From Macrostomum lignano (lineage: Eukaryota): a stretch of 64,000 bases of DNA. A program made the translations under genes and the position numbers. Positions 1 through 11,332 of this stretch are shown here, one piece after another; the stretch's first letter is position 1, and each line of letters opens with the position of its first letter. The stretch lies in contig NIVC01001431.1 of NCBI GenBank assembly GCA_002269645.1, positions 44,335 to 108,334 on the forward strand, read 5' to 3'. The notes under the pieces were generated by a model that saw nothing but the letters and a program-made list of their open reading frames with translations, did not search any database and was not told where the DNA came from.

Positions 1-2018
1 TGAGAGATTCAAAGCGAGGGACGGAAGCCATGCATAGGTCGATCATAAGTTTGATTATTGCAAGAGTCTGGGGATGCATTAACGAGAGGCGGCATAGAAA
101 TAAAGCGGGCTAAATATATTAATACACAAAATTACATGTACTAGCTAGTAATTTCAGAATGGTCAGCGACTCCTCCGATTTGTATCCGCGACCGCATGCC
201 CACAAATCCCCCGGCAGACCCTGTCGCAGTTGGTGGTTGTGCACAGAATACAATGTTAATTTTCGAGCTTCTCTGCAAAAAATGCGTGATGCACTCAAGA
301 TGCGTGCTAAAGTCTACTTCTTTGATTGATGGCTGGGTTTTGCCTTTTCGCTTGTGATCATCAAAAGCTTGGGCGTCATTGCTACTGGTGTTTCAGTGTG
401 CGCATTATGTCTGGTCATCATATTATGTGCATGTGCAGTGTCTTTTACCTACATTTTTGTTTGTCTCTGTTTCCTGCATGCTCTTTCGCATTTTTACACC
501 TCGCACATCCTCATTTTTCTCAATTAACAAGTGAAATCTTTTCTTAAAGACTAATTGCTATTTTAGTTAAGCTAGTAGGTTTTTGGTAATTAAATAATTC
601 AATTTTGTCTATTTTCCAAAAAGTTTCAAAAAATGAATTAATTAAAATAAATTTGAATAATTTTAAGTTAATTGGAGTAAAATGTCTAATAAGTAACTAT
701 AATTTTTTATTTTAAGTACATGTAGCTTTGGTATAAGTATTAATGTATTAAGTACTTAAAGTAAAATCAAGCAAGTTATAGTTTTCAGAAATTATGCTGC
801 AAATAATCAAATATATACTAGAATCCGAATTCCTTTATTAAGGAACATGCAGTTGATATTAAATCCACAATGTGCTTTTTGGTGTTCAAGAATAGTTCCC
901 TGACTTTTTCTATTATTAGTTAGATTTTATTATATTTAATGTAAAAATGAACAATTCTATTCACCGTAAAAATGAACATTCTTTATTTGTCGAATCATCT
1001 TGACTTTGAAAAGATACATAGTGAAAACTTGATTTTTAATTTAACCTTTCAAGACTTATTTAGACTTCTTAATTCAGTGATTAGTTAAACTGATCGAAGT
1101 CCTTTCGAGTGCATGCTATAATAATTTCGCACTTTTTCGCACACGATAATTTTAAATGTCTGGGATTTAGAGCAGAGTAGCAAAATGCTGTGCTCAAAAA
1201 CATTTCCTTTGTCAATTTCTTGTTCTTTTATTTTTGCAAAAGAAATTTAACTGCATATTTAAAATAAAAATAGAAGAAAATTTTATTTTCTCTTCAATAT
1301 TTTTGTCGTTTATTTTCCGCAACAAAGAATAACAAATAGCCTTGATTTCTTCTCAATTTCAAGTTTTCTTGTGGTTTTAGTAGCAGCTTCTTACAGAAAT
1401 TGTCGAAATAATTTTTTTTGTACGATTATTGGTCGATGTATAAACTTTTTTTGCAATTACAAAAAGTTGTGACCTAGCTTTGAGAACGACCCTGGGCGCG
1501 AACGCGAATGGAAGAGTAAATCAGTTTGAAATTTAGATTTTAAAACAACACGTTAAAACAAATATAACTCTAATTTTTTGTTGTATGCTCAGGAAAAAAA
1601 TTGTGAATTATCCCATTAAAAGAAACACTTAATCTAATTTAATAAAACACTAATTGCATAAGGCAAATCATTGACCACAATCGTTATTGCTGCCTTTACG
1701 CTTCTGCTCAAAGAGAAGACCTTCGCGAAAGTATATGATGAACCTGTTCAAATATGCAGACAATATTCAAAAATAAAATACTGTGGAGCAAATTTTAGTT
1801 AAAAGTTGTTTGTTATATATATCCATGGAACACGAAAATTATACGTAATACCCACGAACAACATTCACGTAAAATTTACGTTAAAAAAATCTACGTATAT
1901 TTACGTAGATAAACCAAGCTTTCCAATTGGGCACAGGCCGCGGTTCGCTAGGACGAGGGCGTCGTCCCACTCTGTGAGGTTGAGCTGAGTCACCTGCGGA
2001 TCCGGCACCACTACCGGA

Positions 2019-3295
2019 TAGGGGGCGACCCAGTCCCGGGCCCGGGCCCGAAAAAAGTCGGGAAATCGGGACAAGTCTTTTTTCCCTAAAGGCACTAACC
2101 GCGTGCAAATAAGAATAAACTCAAGACTCAAGCACTGCACGACTGCAGTAACAGTAATAGATGATATGATGTGAAGTAGCAATATCATTGATTCGTAGTA
2201 GGCTTCTAGCGTGAGCGTCAGCCACAGCCAGTTTCCACTTTCCAAGAAGATTGGATTTTTTCCAGGAAGATAAGATTTAAACATAGTTTTGCAATACTTT
2301 TTTGCAATTTTGATTCCACTTTACACGCTGCAGCCTAATAGCAAAAATATGATTCTTTATTTAAAAAGTTGATTTGTCATTTTTAAGCTTTTGTAAATAA
2401 AATTTAAATTTCTTATTTAAATTCCAAGAAGTACCTACCAAGGGCCAAGGCTACCATTTTTCCAAGAAGTTTGCTATCTATCAGAGTTTGTAATTGTGTT
2501 CGTATTTGTATTGTAGTCATAGTCGTAAACTCATAGTATCGTATTCGTAATCATATTTATATAGGTAGGTAGGTGAGCAGGTAGGCAGGTATCAGCTAAT
2601 TACTTGTATTTTCATTGTCTGTTTGCCTGTTCTGTTGAGTGTTGTGTTGTGTTGTCACTTCACTTGTGTTCTGTTCTGTTGTCTTGTCTTGTTGTCTTAC
2701 TGAATACAGACTGTGTACATGGCTCTTTACATTGAAGCTATGTAAAGGAACTAAAAATTCAAATAAAAGAATCAATTGATTTGGTTCTTACTTCCTTATT
2801 GCTTCCAATGCCAAGTGCCTTACACTTAATGCTTCAGCTTTTCTTCTTTTTGCTTACTGCCACTGCTAGCCACACTGCCGCAGTGTCTGCTTGCCTACCT
2901 CACTGCCTGTTAGTGTCACTGTCACTGGCACACACAGTACTTGTGCCACAGTGACATTGAATTTGAACTATTGAGTATATTGATATTTGAGTATTAAGTA
3001 TTGTAATGTAAGTCTTATCTATTCCTAAGTCTTAACTAATGTATTAAATAATAATAATATTTAATATATTTATATATTATAATATATTTAATATATTATA
3101 TTATATTTAATATATTTATATATTTATTATATATTTAATAGTAATCTGCATATGCTAAAAGTATTAAGATTTATTATGATGATTTTTTTCCAATTATTGA
3201 GCTGTCTTGAAGATCTTGTCCCAAATTCCCAAGGCCCAACCCGGGCCCGAGTCCTCATTCCCGGGCCCGACTTTGGCCATCCCAGTCGCCCCCTA
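2019..3295. mobile_element. Non-autonomous hAT-type TIR element (1277 bp) inserted in a PHLPP exon
   Basis: Termini TAGGGGGCGAC...GTCGCCCCCTA (11-bp TIR), with shared subterminal CGGGCCCGGG, AAAGTCGGG and GGGACAAG motifs. 8-bp TSD CTACCGGA (2011-2018) / CTACTGGA (3296-3303), one mismatch. Removing it restores the frame LHPVVVPDPQV. TAG-starting TIR plus 8-bp TSD is typical of hAT. No transposase ORF inside. Confidence 0.85.
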
Positions 3296-3408
3296 CTACT
3301 GGATGAAGGGAGGACTAGCCCAGTATCCTGGTGCACCTGTATGAGGAAGTATTGTGTGCATAATGTACATGCATAAATGGTGACTTCACAAACTTCTGTA
3401 ATTTACTC

Positions 3409-3875
3409 GTTGGTGAAACTAATAGTTGGTGAACTCACTAATAGTTGGTGAACTCACTAATAGTTGGTGAACTCACTATATTTGGTGAACTCTGTAGTTG
3501 GTGAACTCACTAATAGTTGGTGAACTCACTATAGTTGGTGAACTCACTATAGCTAGTGAACTCTATATATTTGGTGAACTCTCTGTAGTTGGTGAACTCA
3601 CTAATAGTTGATGAACTCACTATATTTGGTGAACTCTCTATAGTTGGTGAACTCACTAATAGTTGGTGAACTCACTAATAGTTGGTGAACTCACTAATAG
3701 TTGGTGAACTCACTATATTTGGTGAACTCTGTAGTTGGTGAACTCACTAATAGTTGGTGAACTCACTAATAGTTGGTGAACTCACTGTATTTGGTGAACT
3801 CTCTGTAGTTGGTGAACTCACTATAGTTGGTGAACTCACTATAATTGGTGAACTCACTATAGTTGGTGAACTCAC
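3409..3875. repeat. ~19-bp minisatellite (AGTTGGTGAACTCACTAAT)
   Basis: Tandem copies read directly. Intronic and abutting a splice donor. Confidence 0.95.
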
Positions 3876-4065
3876 CTGCACTGGCCATTCACGCGGCCAT
3901 CGTCAGTGACGACACCGCCAGCTTTTGTGACTCTCGTTGCTTCGTCACGGTCTCGCTGGGCCAGGAAGCAGCGGGTGAGCCGGCGCCCAGCTCCATCTTC
4001 AGCTTCCGGAATCCGCGGTCGCTGAACAGCAGGGCTTCAACGTCACCTGCATTGGCGGCTGTCAC
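3876..4065 (-). CDS. PHLPP: PHLPP-like PP2C exon 2 (frameshifted)
   Basis: Acceptor CCTCAG at 4066. VTAANAGDVEALL is in one frame and GRRLTRCF...RDEATRVTKAGGVVTDDGRVNG in another. The exon is 190 nt where 191 is needed. Donor AG|GTGAGT at 3875. Confidence 0.75.
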
Positions 4066-4090
4066 CTGAGGTTTAATGGCAATCGAAGTG

Positions 4091-4703
4091 GGGATTCTTA
4101 TGGGACTTCTATGGGGATTCTTATGGGACTTCTGTAGGGATTTTTATGGGACTTCTGTAGGGATTCTTATGAGACTTCTGTAGGGATTCTTGTGAGGCTT
4201 CTATGGGGATTCTTTTGGGGCTTCTATGAGGATTCTTTTTGGGACTTCTATGGGGATTTTTTTGGGACTTCCATGGGGATTTTTTTGGGACTTCCATGGG
4301 GATTCTGTTAGGACTTCTATGGGGATTCTTATGGGACTTCTGTAGGGTTTTTTATGGAACTTCTGTCGGGATTCTTGGGACTTCTATGGGAATTCTTTTG
4401 GGATTTCTATGGGGATTCTTTTGGGATTTCTATGGGGATTCTTTTGGGATTTCTATGGGGATTCTTTTGGGATTTCTATGGGAATTATTTTGGGACTTCT
4501 GTAGGGATTCTTGTGGGACTTCTGTAGGGATTCTTATAGGACTTCTGTAGGGATTCTTATGAGACTTCTGTAGGGATTCTTATGAGACTTCTGTAGGGAT
4601 TCTTATGGGACTTCTGTAGGGATTCTTATGCGACTTCTGTATTGATTCTTATGGGACTTCTGTAGGGATTCTTATGGGACTTCTGTAGGGATTCTCCTTG
4701 GGA
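4091..4703. repeat. ~23-bp degenerate minisatellite (GGGATTCTTATGGGACTTCTGTA)
   Basis: Tandem copies. ORF 4239-4550 is a by-product. Confidence 0.9.
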
Positions 4704-4794
4704 TTTCCAAACAGAAAAATTAATCTTAGGCAACGGAACGAAAAATATGGAATTTTCTTAGAAAGCAAAAGTTTTTCTTAGAAACGCCACTCGC

Positions 4795-5278
4795 CTGCCA
4801 GTGCCCCGGCCACCGTTTCAAATGCAGGGCAGCGCAGGCGGCTCCTCGCCGTCTTCCCAGATTGCGCAGTCGCCGATGGCAGGTCAGCAGCGCGCGACGC
4901 AGCGCCGCACCTTCTGGCGAGGCGGCTGGCGCGGCGCCGGAACCAGCGACAACGCCTCGCAGTTCGGCTTTGAAGGCGCAGCAAAAGTCCGCCTGCAGTC
5001 GGCGAGCTATCGCGGCGTCGCCGTCGCCGTCGAACATGGCAAACAGGCTGCCGTCGGGCGTCGGGTAGGGCATCCGCTTGGCAACTGAGACGCTGATGAT
5101 GGAGCTCGCCCGGGAGCCGGCGACCTCGGCGAGGCCGAACTGGAACGGTCCAACGCTCCTGACGGAGCCAGTCGAGCCGCGTCGCTGCGCCGTTTGCAAC
5201 GGCGTCGTCGGCGGAGACAGCAGCATCAGGGTCGACTCGGCCGAGGACGCGTCGACGGTGTGGATCGGGCTGCTGCTC
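4795..5278 (-). CDS. PHLPP: PHLPP-like PP2C-domain exon 1
   Basis: Acceptor GACGCAG at 5279. Contains FQFGLAEVAG...SLFAMFDGDGD. Ends at a non-canonical CAG|GCGAGT donor (4794) that puts the next exon in frame. Confidence 0.8.
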
Positions 5279-5420
5279 CTGCGTCGGCGGGGAGGGGTAC
5301 GTGTAGTTCAGACTGCCTTTTTCTACTATTAGTAGACAAGTACAGATTTTTGTAAGTATTGAATAAATTAGGCAAAAACAATCTGCTTCAATTCGGGTGT
5401 ATTTTTAATGATTTTTACAC

Positions 5421-5665
5421 CTAGCAACACCATAGCAACACCATGGCAACACCATAGCAACACTATAGCAACACCATAGCAACACCATGGCAACACCATA
5501 GCAACACCATGGCAACACCATAGCAACACTATAGCAACATCATAGCAACACTATAGCAATACCATAGAAACACTATAGCAACTCTATAGCAACATCATAC
5601 ATGTAGCAACACTATAGCAATACCGTAGCAACACCGTAGCAACACCGTAGCAACACCATAGCAAC
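5421..5665. repeat. 11-bp minisatellite (ATAGCAACACC)
   Basis: Tandem copies read directly. Confidence 0.95.
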
Positions 5666-6413
5666 GGACAGAAGAGCAGCTCAGCCTGGTTCCCTGGTTT
5701 CAAATAATTTGATACTGCAGGCTCAACTGGGCTGTCGTGCAATTCACAGCCATGAGGGCGCCAACCCCCAAGGCACAGAGACTGTACACGCCTGGCGGTT
5801 AGACAGTCAAACGGCCGCCTGTACACCCTGTGTGAGCGTGTGTTTAAGTGCGCGCCTGCGTACAGTATTGGCGCGCTTGCAGGTGCTCAGGAGCCAGCAG
5901 AACGGGCAGAATTGCCGTCAGCCCTGGCTGTGTGCATGGGACGAGTGGAAGTTTAAAGATTTGCCTAGCAACAGAAAATCTCGTTAAGTCTTTGATGCTC
6001 CGACAGCTAATTTTAGCGACTTTGAGTTTCCTGAGTTTGATAATCATTTTTATAGCAATTTCGGCACAAAGGAAATCTGGATCATAATTCACCTAAATAA
6101 GTATTATGCGAATTCGTGAAATGCATGGAGCAAAGCAAGGTAAAAGGAAATGAAAGATATGCTGGATTTATTGAAGGATTCGAATGATTTGAGAGATTTT
6201 CTCTGCTAAATTGAATTTCTTTAAGAGGAACAAGTTCCTATGTCTTGTAAGAATGAAAGATAATCTTGCCCTACCTGTGTGATATGTCGATCGTAGACTT
6301 CTTTCTTTGCTGGAGAACGAAAATAATTGCATTTTTGATAATTCTGACATCTGTTTGATTATTTGCTGTTTCGAGTTATAGGCCTCGGTTTGCTTGACGT
6401 CACGCATATTGGT

Positions 6414-7405
6414 CTGTTAGACAGGGAATCATCGGTTAGACAGGGAATAACCGGTTAGACAGGGAATCACCGGTTAGACAGGGAATCACCGGTTAGACAG
6501 GGAATCACCGGTTTAAAACATGGAATCACCAGTTTTAACAGGGAATCACCGGTTAGATAGGGAATTACCGGTTGGATAGGGAATTACCGGTTAGATAGGG
6601 AATTACCGGTTAGATAGGGAATCACCGGTTAGACAGGGAATCACCGGTTTAAAACATGGAATCACCAGTTTTAACAGGGAATCACCGGTTAGATAGGGAA
6701 TTACCGGTTGGATAGGGAATTACCGGTTAGATAGGGAATTACCGGTTAGATAGGGAATCACCGGTTAGACAGGGAATTACCGGTTAGACAGGGAATCACC
6801 GGTTAGACGGGGAATCACCGGTTTAAAACATGGAATCACCAGTTTTAACAGGGAATCACCGGTTAGATAGGGAATTACCGGTTAGATAGGGAATTACCGG
6901 TTAGATAGGGAATTACCGGTTAGATAGGGAATTACCGGTTCGATAGGGAATTACCGGTTCGATAGGGAATCACCGGTTAGACAGGGAATTACCGGTTAGA
7001 TAGGGAATTACCGGTTAGATAGGGAATTACCGGTTAGATAGGGAATCACCGGTTAGACAGGGAATCACTGGTTAGACAGGGAATCACCGGTTAGACAGGG
7101 AATCACCGGTTAGACAGAGAATCACCGGTTAGACAGAGAATCACCGGTTAGACAGGGAATCACCGGTTAGACAGGGAATCACCGGTTAGACAGAGAATCA
7201 CCGGTTGGACAGGAAATCACCGGTTAGACAGTGAATCACCGGTTTAAAACATGGAATCAGTGGTTAGACAGGGAATCACCGGTTAGACAGGGAATCACCG
7301 GTTAGACAGGGAATCACCGGTTAGACAGGGAATCACCGGTTTCAAACAGGGAATCACCGGTTAGACAGGGAATCACCGGTTTCAAACAGGGAATCACCGG
7401 TTAGA
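6414..7405. repeat. 19-bp minisatellite (CCGGTTAGACAGGGAATCA)
   Basis: About 50 tandem copies with variants. Confidence 0.95.
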
Positions 7406-7430
7406 CACAGGTCCAGCCCCAGGTTCCCAC

Positions 7431-7724
7431 CTCACGGAAGCCAGGTCCTGCATAGACATTCCCATCTGCTGGTTGCAGGAGAGATCCAAGAAGCTGAGCC
7501 TGGATTCCATCAGATTGCGCACAGATCCGCTCAGTGTTGAGTTGCAGCCAACGTCAAGAGTTCGCATTCTGGGCGAGTCGCTGAGGTCCGGTAGTTGCTG
7601 CAGGCAGTTGGAGTGAGCCCTGATCGTAACCAGGCGTTCAAGACGAGACAAAGTCGATGGCAGCGTCTTCAGCTGGTTGCCGGATATGTTCAATTCGCGA
7701 AGCTCGCAAAACTGAAGCATTGTT
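7431..7724 (-). CDS. PHLPP: PHLPP-like LRR exon
   Basis: Acceptor CCAG at 7725-7728, donor AG|GTGGGA at 7430. 294 nt, phase 2 to 2. Contains LNISGNQL, AHSNC, LDVGCN and LDLSCN. Confidence 0.85.
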
Positions 7725-7894
7725 CTGGATGATGGGGTACGTTTGAATGCTTTTATTCTGTGGCAAATACATGCACTGTGAGCGAAGTTAATCAAACATA
7801 CTGGCAAGAACAAAGAACAGAACTTGCTTTGAATGCTTCTTTTTATGAGACATTGCGCGCTCAAAGTTCATCGGGGCAATTCTTTTTAACACCC

Positions 7895-8550
7895 TTCTAA
7901 TTCCCATCAAGTAACATTATAATTTCCCTCAAACATCAGTCTTATTCCCCTCAAATACTATTTTAATTCCACTCAAACTCCATTCTAATTCCTCTCAACA
8001 CCAATTTTAAGTCACCTCACATACAATTCTTATTCTCCTCAAGTACCAGTTTAATTCCCTTCAAATACCATTCCAATTGCCTTCAAATACCATTCTAATT
8101 CCCCTCAAACAACATTCTAATTCCCTTCAAATACCATTCTAATTCCCCTCAAACAACATTCTAATTCCCTTTAAATACCATTCTAATTCCCCTCAAACAA
8201 AAGTCTAATTCCCCTCAAATACCATTCTAATTCCCCTCAAACAAAATTCTAGTTCCCCTCAAATACCATTCTAATTCCCCTCAAACAACATTCTAATTCC
8301 CTTCAAATACCATTCTAATTCCCCTCAAACAACATTCTAATTCCCTTTAAATACCATTCTAATTCCCCTCAAACAAAATTCTAATTCCCCTCAAATACCA
8401 TTCTAATTCCCCTCAAATACCATTATAATTCTCCTCAAACAGCATTCTAATTCCCCTCAAATTACCATTCTAATTGCCCTCAAACACGATTCTCATTCTC
8501 CCTCAAACAGCAATATAATCCCCCTCAAATCCCATTCTAATTCCCCTCAA
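7895..8550. repeat. ~21-22-bp minisatellite (ATTCTAATTCCCCTCAAATACC)
   Basis: Tandem copies with a dimeric higher-order pattern. Confidence 0.9.
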
Positions 8551-8603
8551 ACACAATTCGAATCCCGCGACACACAATGTACTCAAAAGAAGCCCAGACT
8601 CAC

Positions 8604-9180
8604 TCGTCGCTAATCTCCGTGAGCCGGTTAAACGCTAGCAGCAGAGTCCGCAGGCTGCTCCCAAAGTTCTCCGCAAGGAAGCTGACATCTGCATCGCTTA
8701 ATTGGTTGAACGAAGCCGTCAAGACTTGAAGTCGATTGCCGGAATTCCTAAGCGGCAGTTTTGGCAACTCAACGAGCTGGTTGTTGGCTAAATTCAACTC
8801 AACTAGAGCTGGCGTCAGGTGGAAAAGAGCCGCTGGTAGCCTAGTTAACTGGTTGCTATCGAGACAGAGCTCTAGCAGCTCAGTCAGACCGTTGGCAGCC
8901 TCGGCTGGCGCAGCTGGCAGCTCGGCTATCCGGTTTCGCTCCAGACGGAGGCTCTGCAACTTGGCGCAGCGCCAGATGTCGGCTGGCAGTCGGCGAATTT
9001 CATTGCCGCCGGCGTGCAGTCGGAGGAGGCTGGCTCGGCCAGACGGCCACAAACAGCCGGGCAGGCTGTCAAGGCGGTTGTCACTGACGTCGAGGCATTC
9101 GAGACGCTTCGGTGGCGGCGATATTTTTAGGCTTTGCAGCTCTGCGTTGGCGGGGATCGAGACATTGGCTTGGAGAGGTT
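8604..9180 (-). CDS. PHLPP: PHLPP-like LRR exon
   Basis: ORF 8600-9052 has canonical LxxLxLxxNxLxxLP repeats. Donor GA|GTGAGT at 8603. The acceptor near 9181 is approximate (in-frame stop just upstream). Confidence 0.85.
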
Positions 9181-9223
9181 CTTTGGAAATTGTCGATCAG
9201 CTTTGGGCAAATCCAGTTTCTCT

Positions 9224-9660
9224 CTAGTGACCTTGAGGAAAGACAGTCTGTTTAGTGACCTTGAGGTTAGCGAACCCCTTTCCAGTGACCTTAATGAAGG
9301 CAGTATCTCTTTAGTGACTTTGATATGAATAAAAGCCTATTTAAGTCCAGTGACCTTGAGAAAAACGAGTTTCTCCCCAGTTACCTAGAGGTAAGCGAAT
9401 CTCTCTCCAGTGACCTTGAGGAAAGCCAGTTTCTCTCAAGAAACCTTGATGAGGACTTTCTTTCTTTTTGGCTTCAGCCTCATGCTCATGACCAGTCTCA
9501 TGATGAGGACTTTCTTTCTTTTTAGCTTCAGCCTCATGCTCATGACCAGTCTCATGATGAGGACTTTCTTTCTTTCTGGCTTCAGCCTCGTGCTCATGAC
9601 CAGGCTCATGATAAGGACTTTCTTTCTTTCTGGCTTCAGCCTCGTGCTCATGACCAGGCT
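9224..9660. repeat. Degenerate ~35-40-bp repeat (CAGTGACCTTGAG core) followed by a 54-bp tandem repeat (about 4 copies)
   Basis: Read directly. The 54-bp unit translates on the minus strand as HEHEAEARKKESPHHETG. Confidence 0.85.
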
Positions 9661-9748
9661 TAGTTTTCGCTGGAGCTATGCGCTCCTTAATCGATCGAGT
9701 TTTTTTCATAAAATTTTTACTCAAATTCTCACTAACATAGCTCTTCAG

Positions 9749-10396
9749 TCATTGCGTGGCGTGATTGACAATCCTTTTTCTGACAGACGAGCACATTTCT
9801 TCGAATAGCTTGTTGCTTAGTGATTTAATTAAATTTTTAATCAATTTTATTTTTACATGTAATTCGTGTCCAATTCTTACAGGTCTTTCGTTTTCTCCTT
9901 GGTCTTGGTGTGTCTCATGCGTCATACTCTTTTCGTCGCAGATTTTTTGCAGGCGAGCAGCCAATGTTTCGCAGAACTCTGCGGATAGTCTGCTCACGCC
10001 TACTGCGCAAGCCGTTGCGTCAAAAGCTTTCAATAGCCAGTTGAAAGCACTGAAGCCTTTCGCTAATTTCTTTTGTTGTCCAATTCTTTTATTGTCAGAC
10101 AACTGGTGACTGAGCTGCTGAAGAAAGTCGAACCCATGCTTCTCCCACCCAGGTTGGTGTAAAAAATCAGCGACTATACCGCATCCAACTGTCTCCACAC
10201 AGTTTTTGGTTTCTTCAGCTGCTCTAATAGGCTCCAGCTTTTCAGTGTTCTCGTAGTAATCAAGCAACGACATGATCGGACCATTTAGATCTGGCCCACG
10301 GAATTCCCGTGACAACTTCTTCTCAATCTCGGGCTTTGCGGCACTGGCAATTTCGTCCTGAAGTTCATCTAGGATTTTTTCAGATGCCAAGTCCAC
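9749..10396 (-). CDS. Uncharacterised non-repetitive ORF (215 aa), possibly an exon
   Basis: 648-nt open frame with normal amino-acid complexity and a helical-looking composition. No ATG start (GTG in the track), possible TAG acceptor just upstream. No family recognised. Confidence 0.4.
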   Translation of the reverse strand: MDLASEKILDELQDEIASAAKPEIEKKLSREFRGPDLNGPIMSLLDYYENTEKLEPIRAAEETKNCVETVGCGIVADFLHQPGWEKHGFDFLQQLSHQLSDNKRIGQQKKLAKGFSAFNWLLKAFDATACAVGVSRLSAEFCETLAARLQKICDEKSMTHETHQDQGENERPVRIGHELHVKIKLIKNLIKSLSNKLFEEMCSSVRKRIVNHATQ

Positions 10397-10427
10397 CCCA
10401 AAAGCGACTCCTTGAGAAACTATTTCT

Positions 10428-10645
10428 TTTAGACTAACATGTAGAAAATGGTAGACTAACGGGTAGAAAGTGGTAGACTAACATGTAAAAAATGGTAGAT
10501 TAACAGGTAGAAAATGGTAGACTAACATGTAGAAAGGTAGAATTGCATGTAGAAAGTGGTAGAATTACAGGAAAAGGTAGTAGAATTACAGATAGGAGGG
10601 GTAGAACTACAGATAGACAGCTAGAAAGTGGTAGAAGGGATGTAA
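10428..10645. repeat. ~22-bp minisatellite (GTAGAAAATGGTAGACTAACAT)
   Basis: Tandem copies. Confidence 0.85.
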
Positions 10646-10808
10646 TTCCCCTTACAGCACAGCCGCGGACCCCCCCCCTACCTGCGCAGCCGCTCGCCGC
10701 GTTCGCCGCGTCGCAGCTCCGGGCGCGGCCGTCGATCGTCTCGCTCGCCAGCTGGCAGCGGCAGCCGAGGCGGCGGAGGCGATGACCGCGAATCTCGGCA
10801 TCATCGCG

Positions 10809-10950
10809 GCAGCGACCGCGGCGACCGTGACCGCAGCGACCGCGGCGACCGTGACCGCAGCGACCGCGGCGACCGTGACCGCAGCGACCGCGGCGACCGT
10901 GACCGCAGCGACCGCGGCGACCGTGACCGCGGCGACCGAGACCGCGGCAG
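10809..10950. repeat. 24-bp GC-rich tandem repeat inside a GC-rich, possibly exonic block (10683-~11247)
   Basis: GCGACCGCGGCGACCGTGACCGCA, about 5-6 copies. The block has a CAG|GTAGG donor on the minus strand at 10682. The coding frame is ambiguous. Confidence 0.8.
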
Positions 10951-11332
10951 ACGACGTGACGCCACCGACGAGAACGGAGGCGGCGAAGATAATAGGCGTC
11001 GCCGAGCTTCGTCGGGCTCTCCGCCGCCTCAGCATCGCTCGCCATCGCCGATGGCACCGCTGCCGCCAGCTTCAGGCCGCGACAACTACGACGACGAGGA
11101 CAATGATCGCCGTGGCGCCGCCTCGATGTCGCGCTCGCCGTCGCGCTCTCGTTCGCCGTCTCGTTCTCGTTCGCGCTCGCGTTCTCGCTCCGGTTCGCGC
11201 TGAGTGCCTGAATTCTTCGAACTTTTGTCGTTTGGTTTGTAACTGACCTGCGGGGCTTGTGGCTGCTTTTACAGGAATTTAAACTGAATTTTTTAATGTT
11301 TGCTGTTCATTTCTCAAAGTTTTATAGTAGGC

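Larger units (their letters stand above)
1932..9180 (-). pseudogene. PHLPP: PHLPP-like (LRR + PP2C phosphatase) gene, 3' portion, apparently disrupted. Exons about 9180-8604, 7724-7431, 5278-4795, 4065-3876, and 3336-3296 + 2018-1932
   Basis: The spliced translation follows PHLPP: LRRs (LECLDVSDNRLDSLP, LLAFNRLTEISDE|TMLQFCELRELNISGNQLKTLP, TIRAHSNCLQQLP), then PP2C motifs (FGLAEVAG, LFAMFDGD, VTAANAG, GVVTDDGRVNG, TRILG, LHPVVVPDP, LVLANRGL). Splice phases are consistent. Lesions: 1-nt frameshift near 4025, TAG at 3315-3317, TE insertion 2019-3295. The 5' (PH/RA) exons were not found. Confidence 0.85.

Noticed and set aside
5690-5990. GC-richer island with several ~80-90-aa ORFs
   Set aside because: No recognisable motif or consistent splice sites, and it is not needed for the PHLPP reading frame.
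10500-11246. GC-rich block as a definite PHLPP N-terminal exon
   Set aside because: Three overlapping low-complexity frames are open and none matches PH or RA domain motifs, so no frame or product can be assigned.
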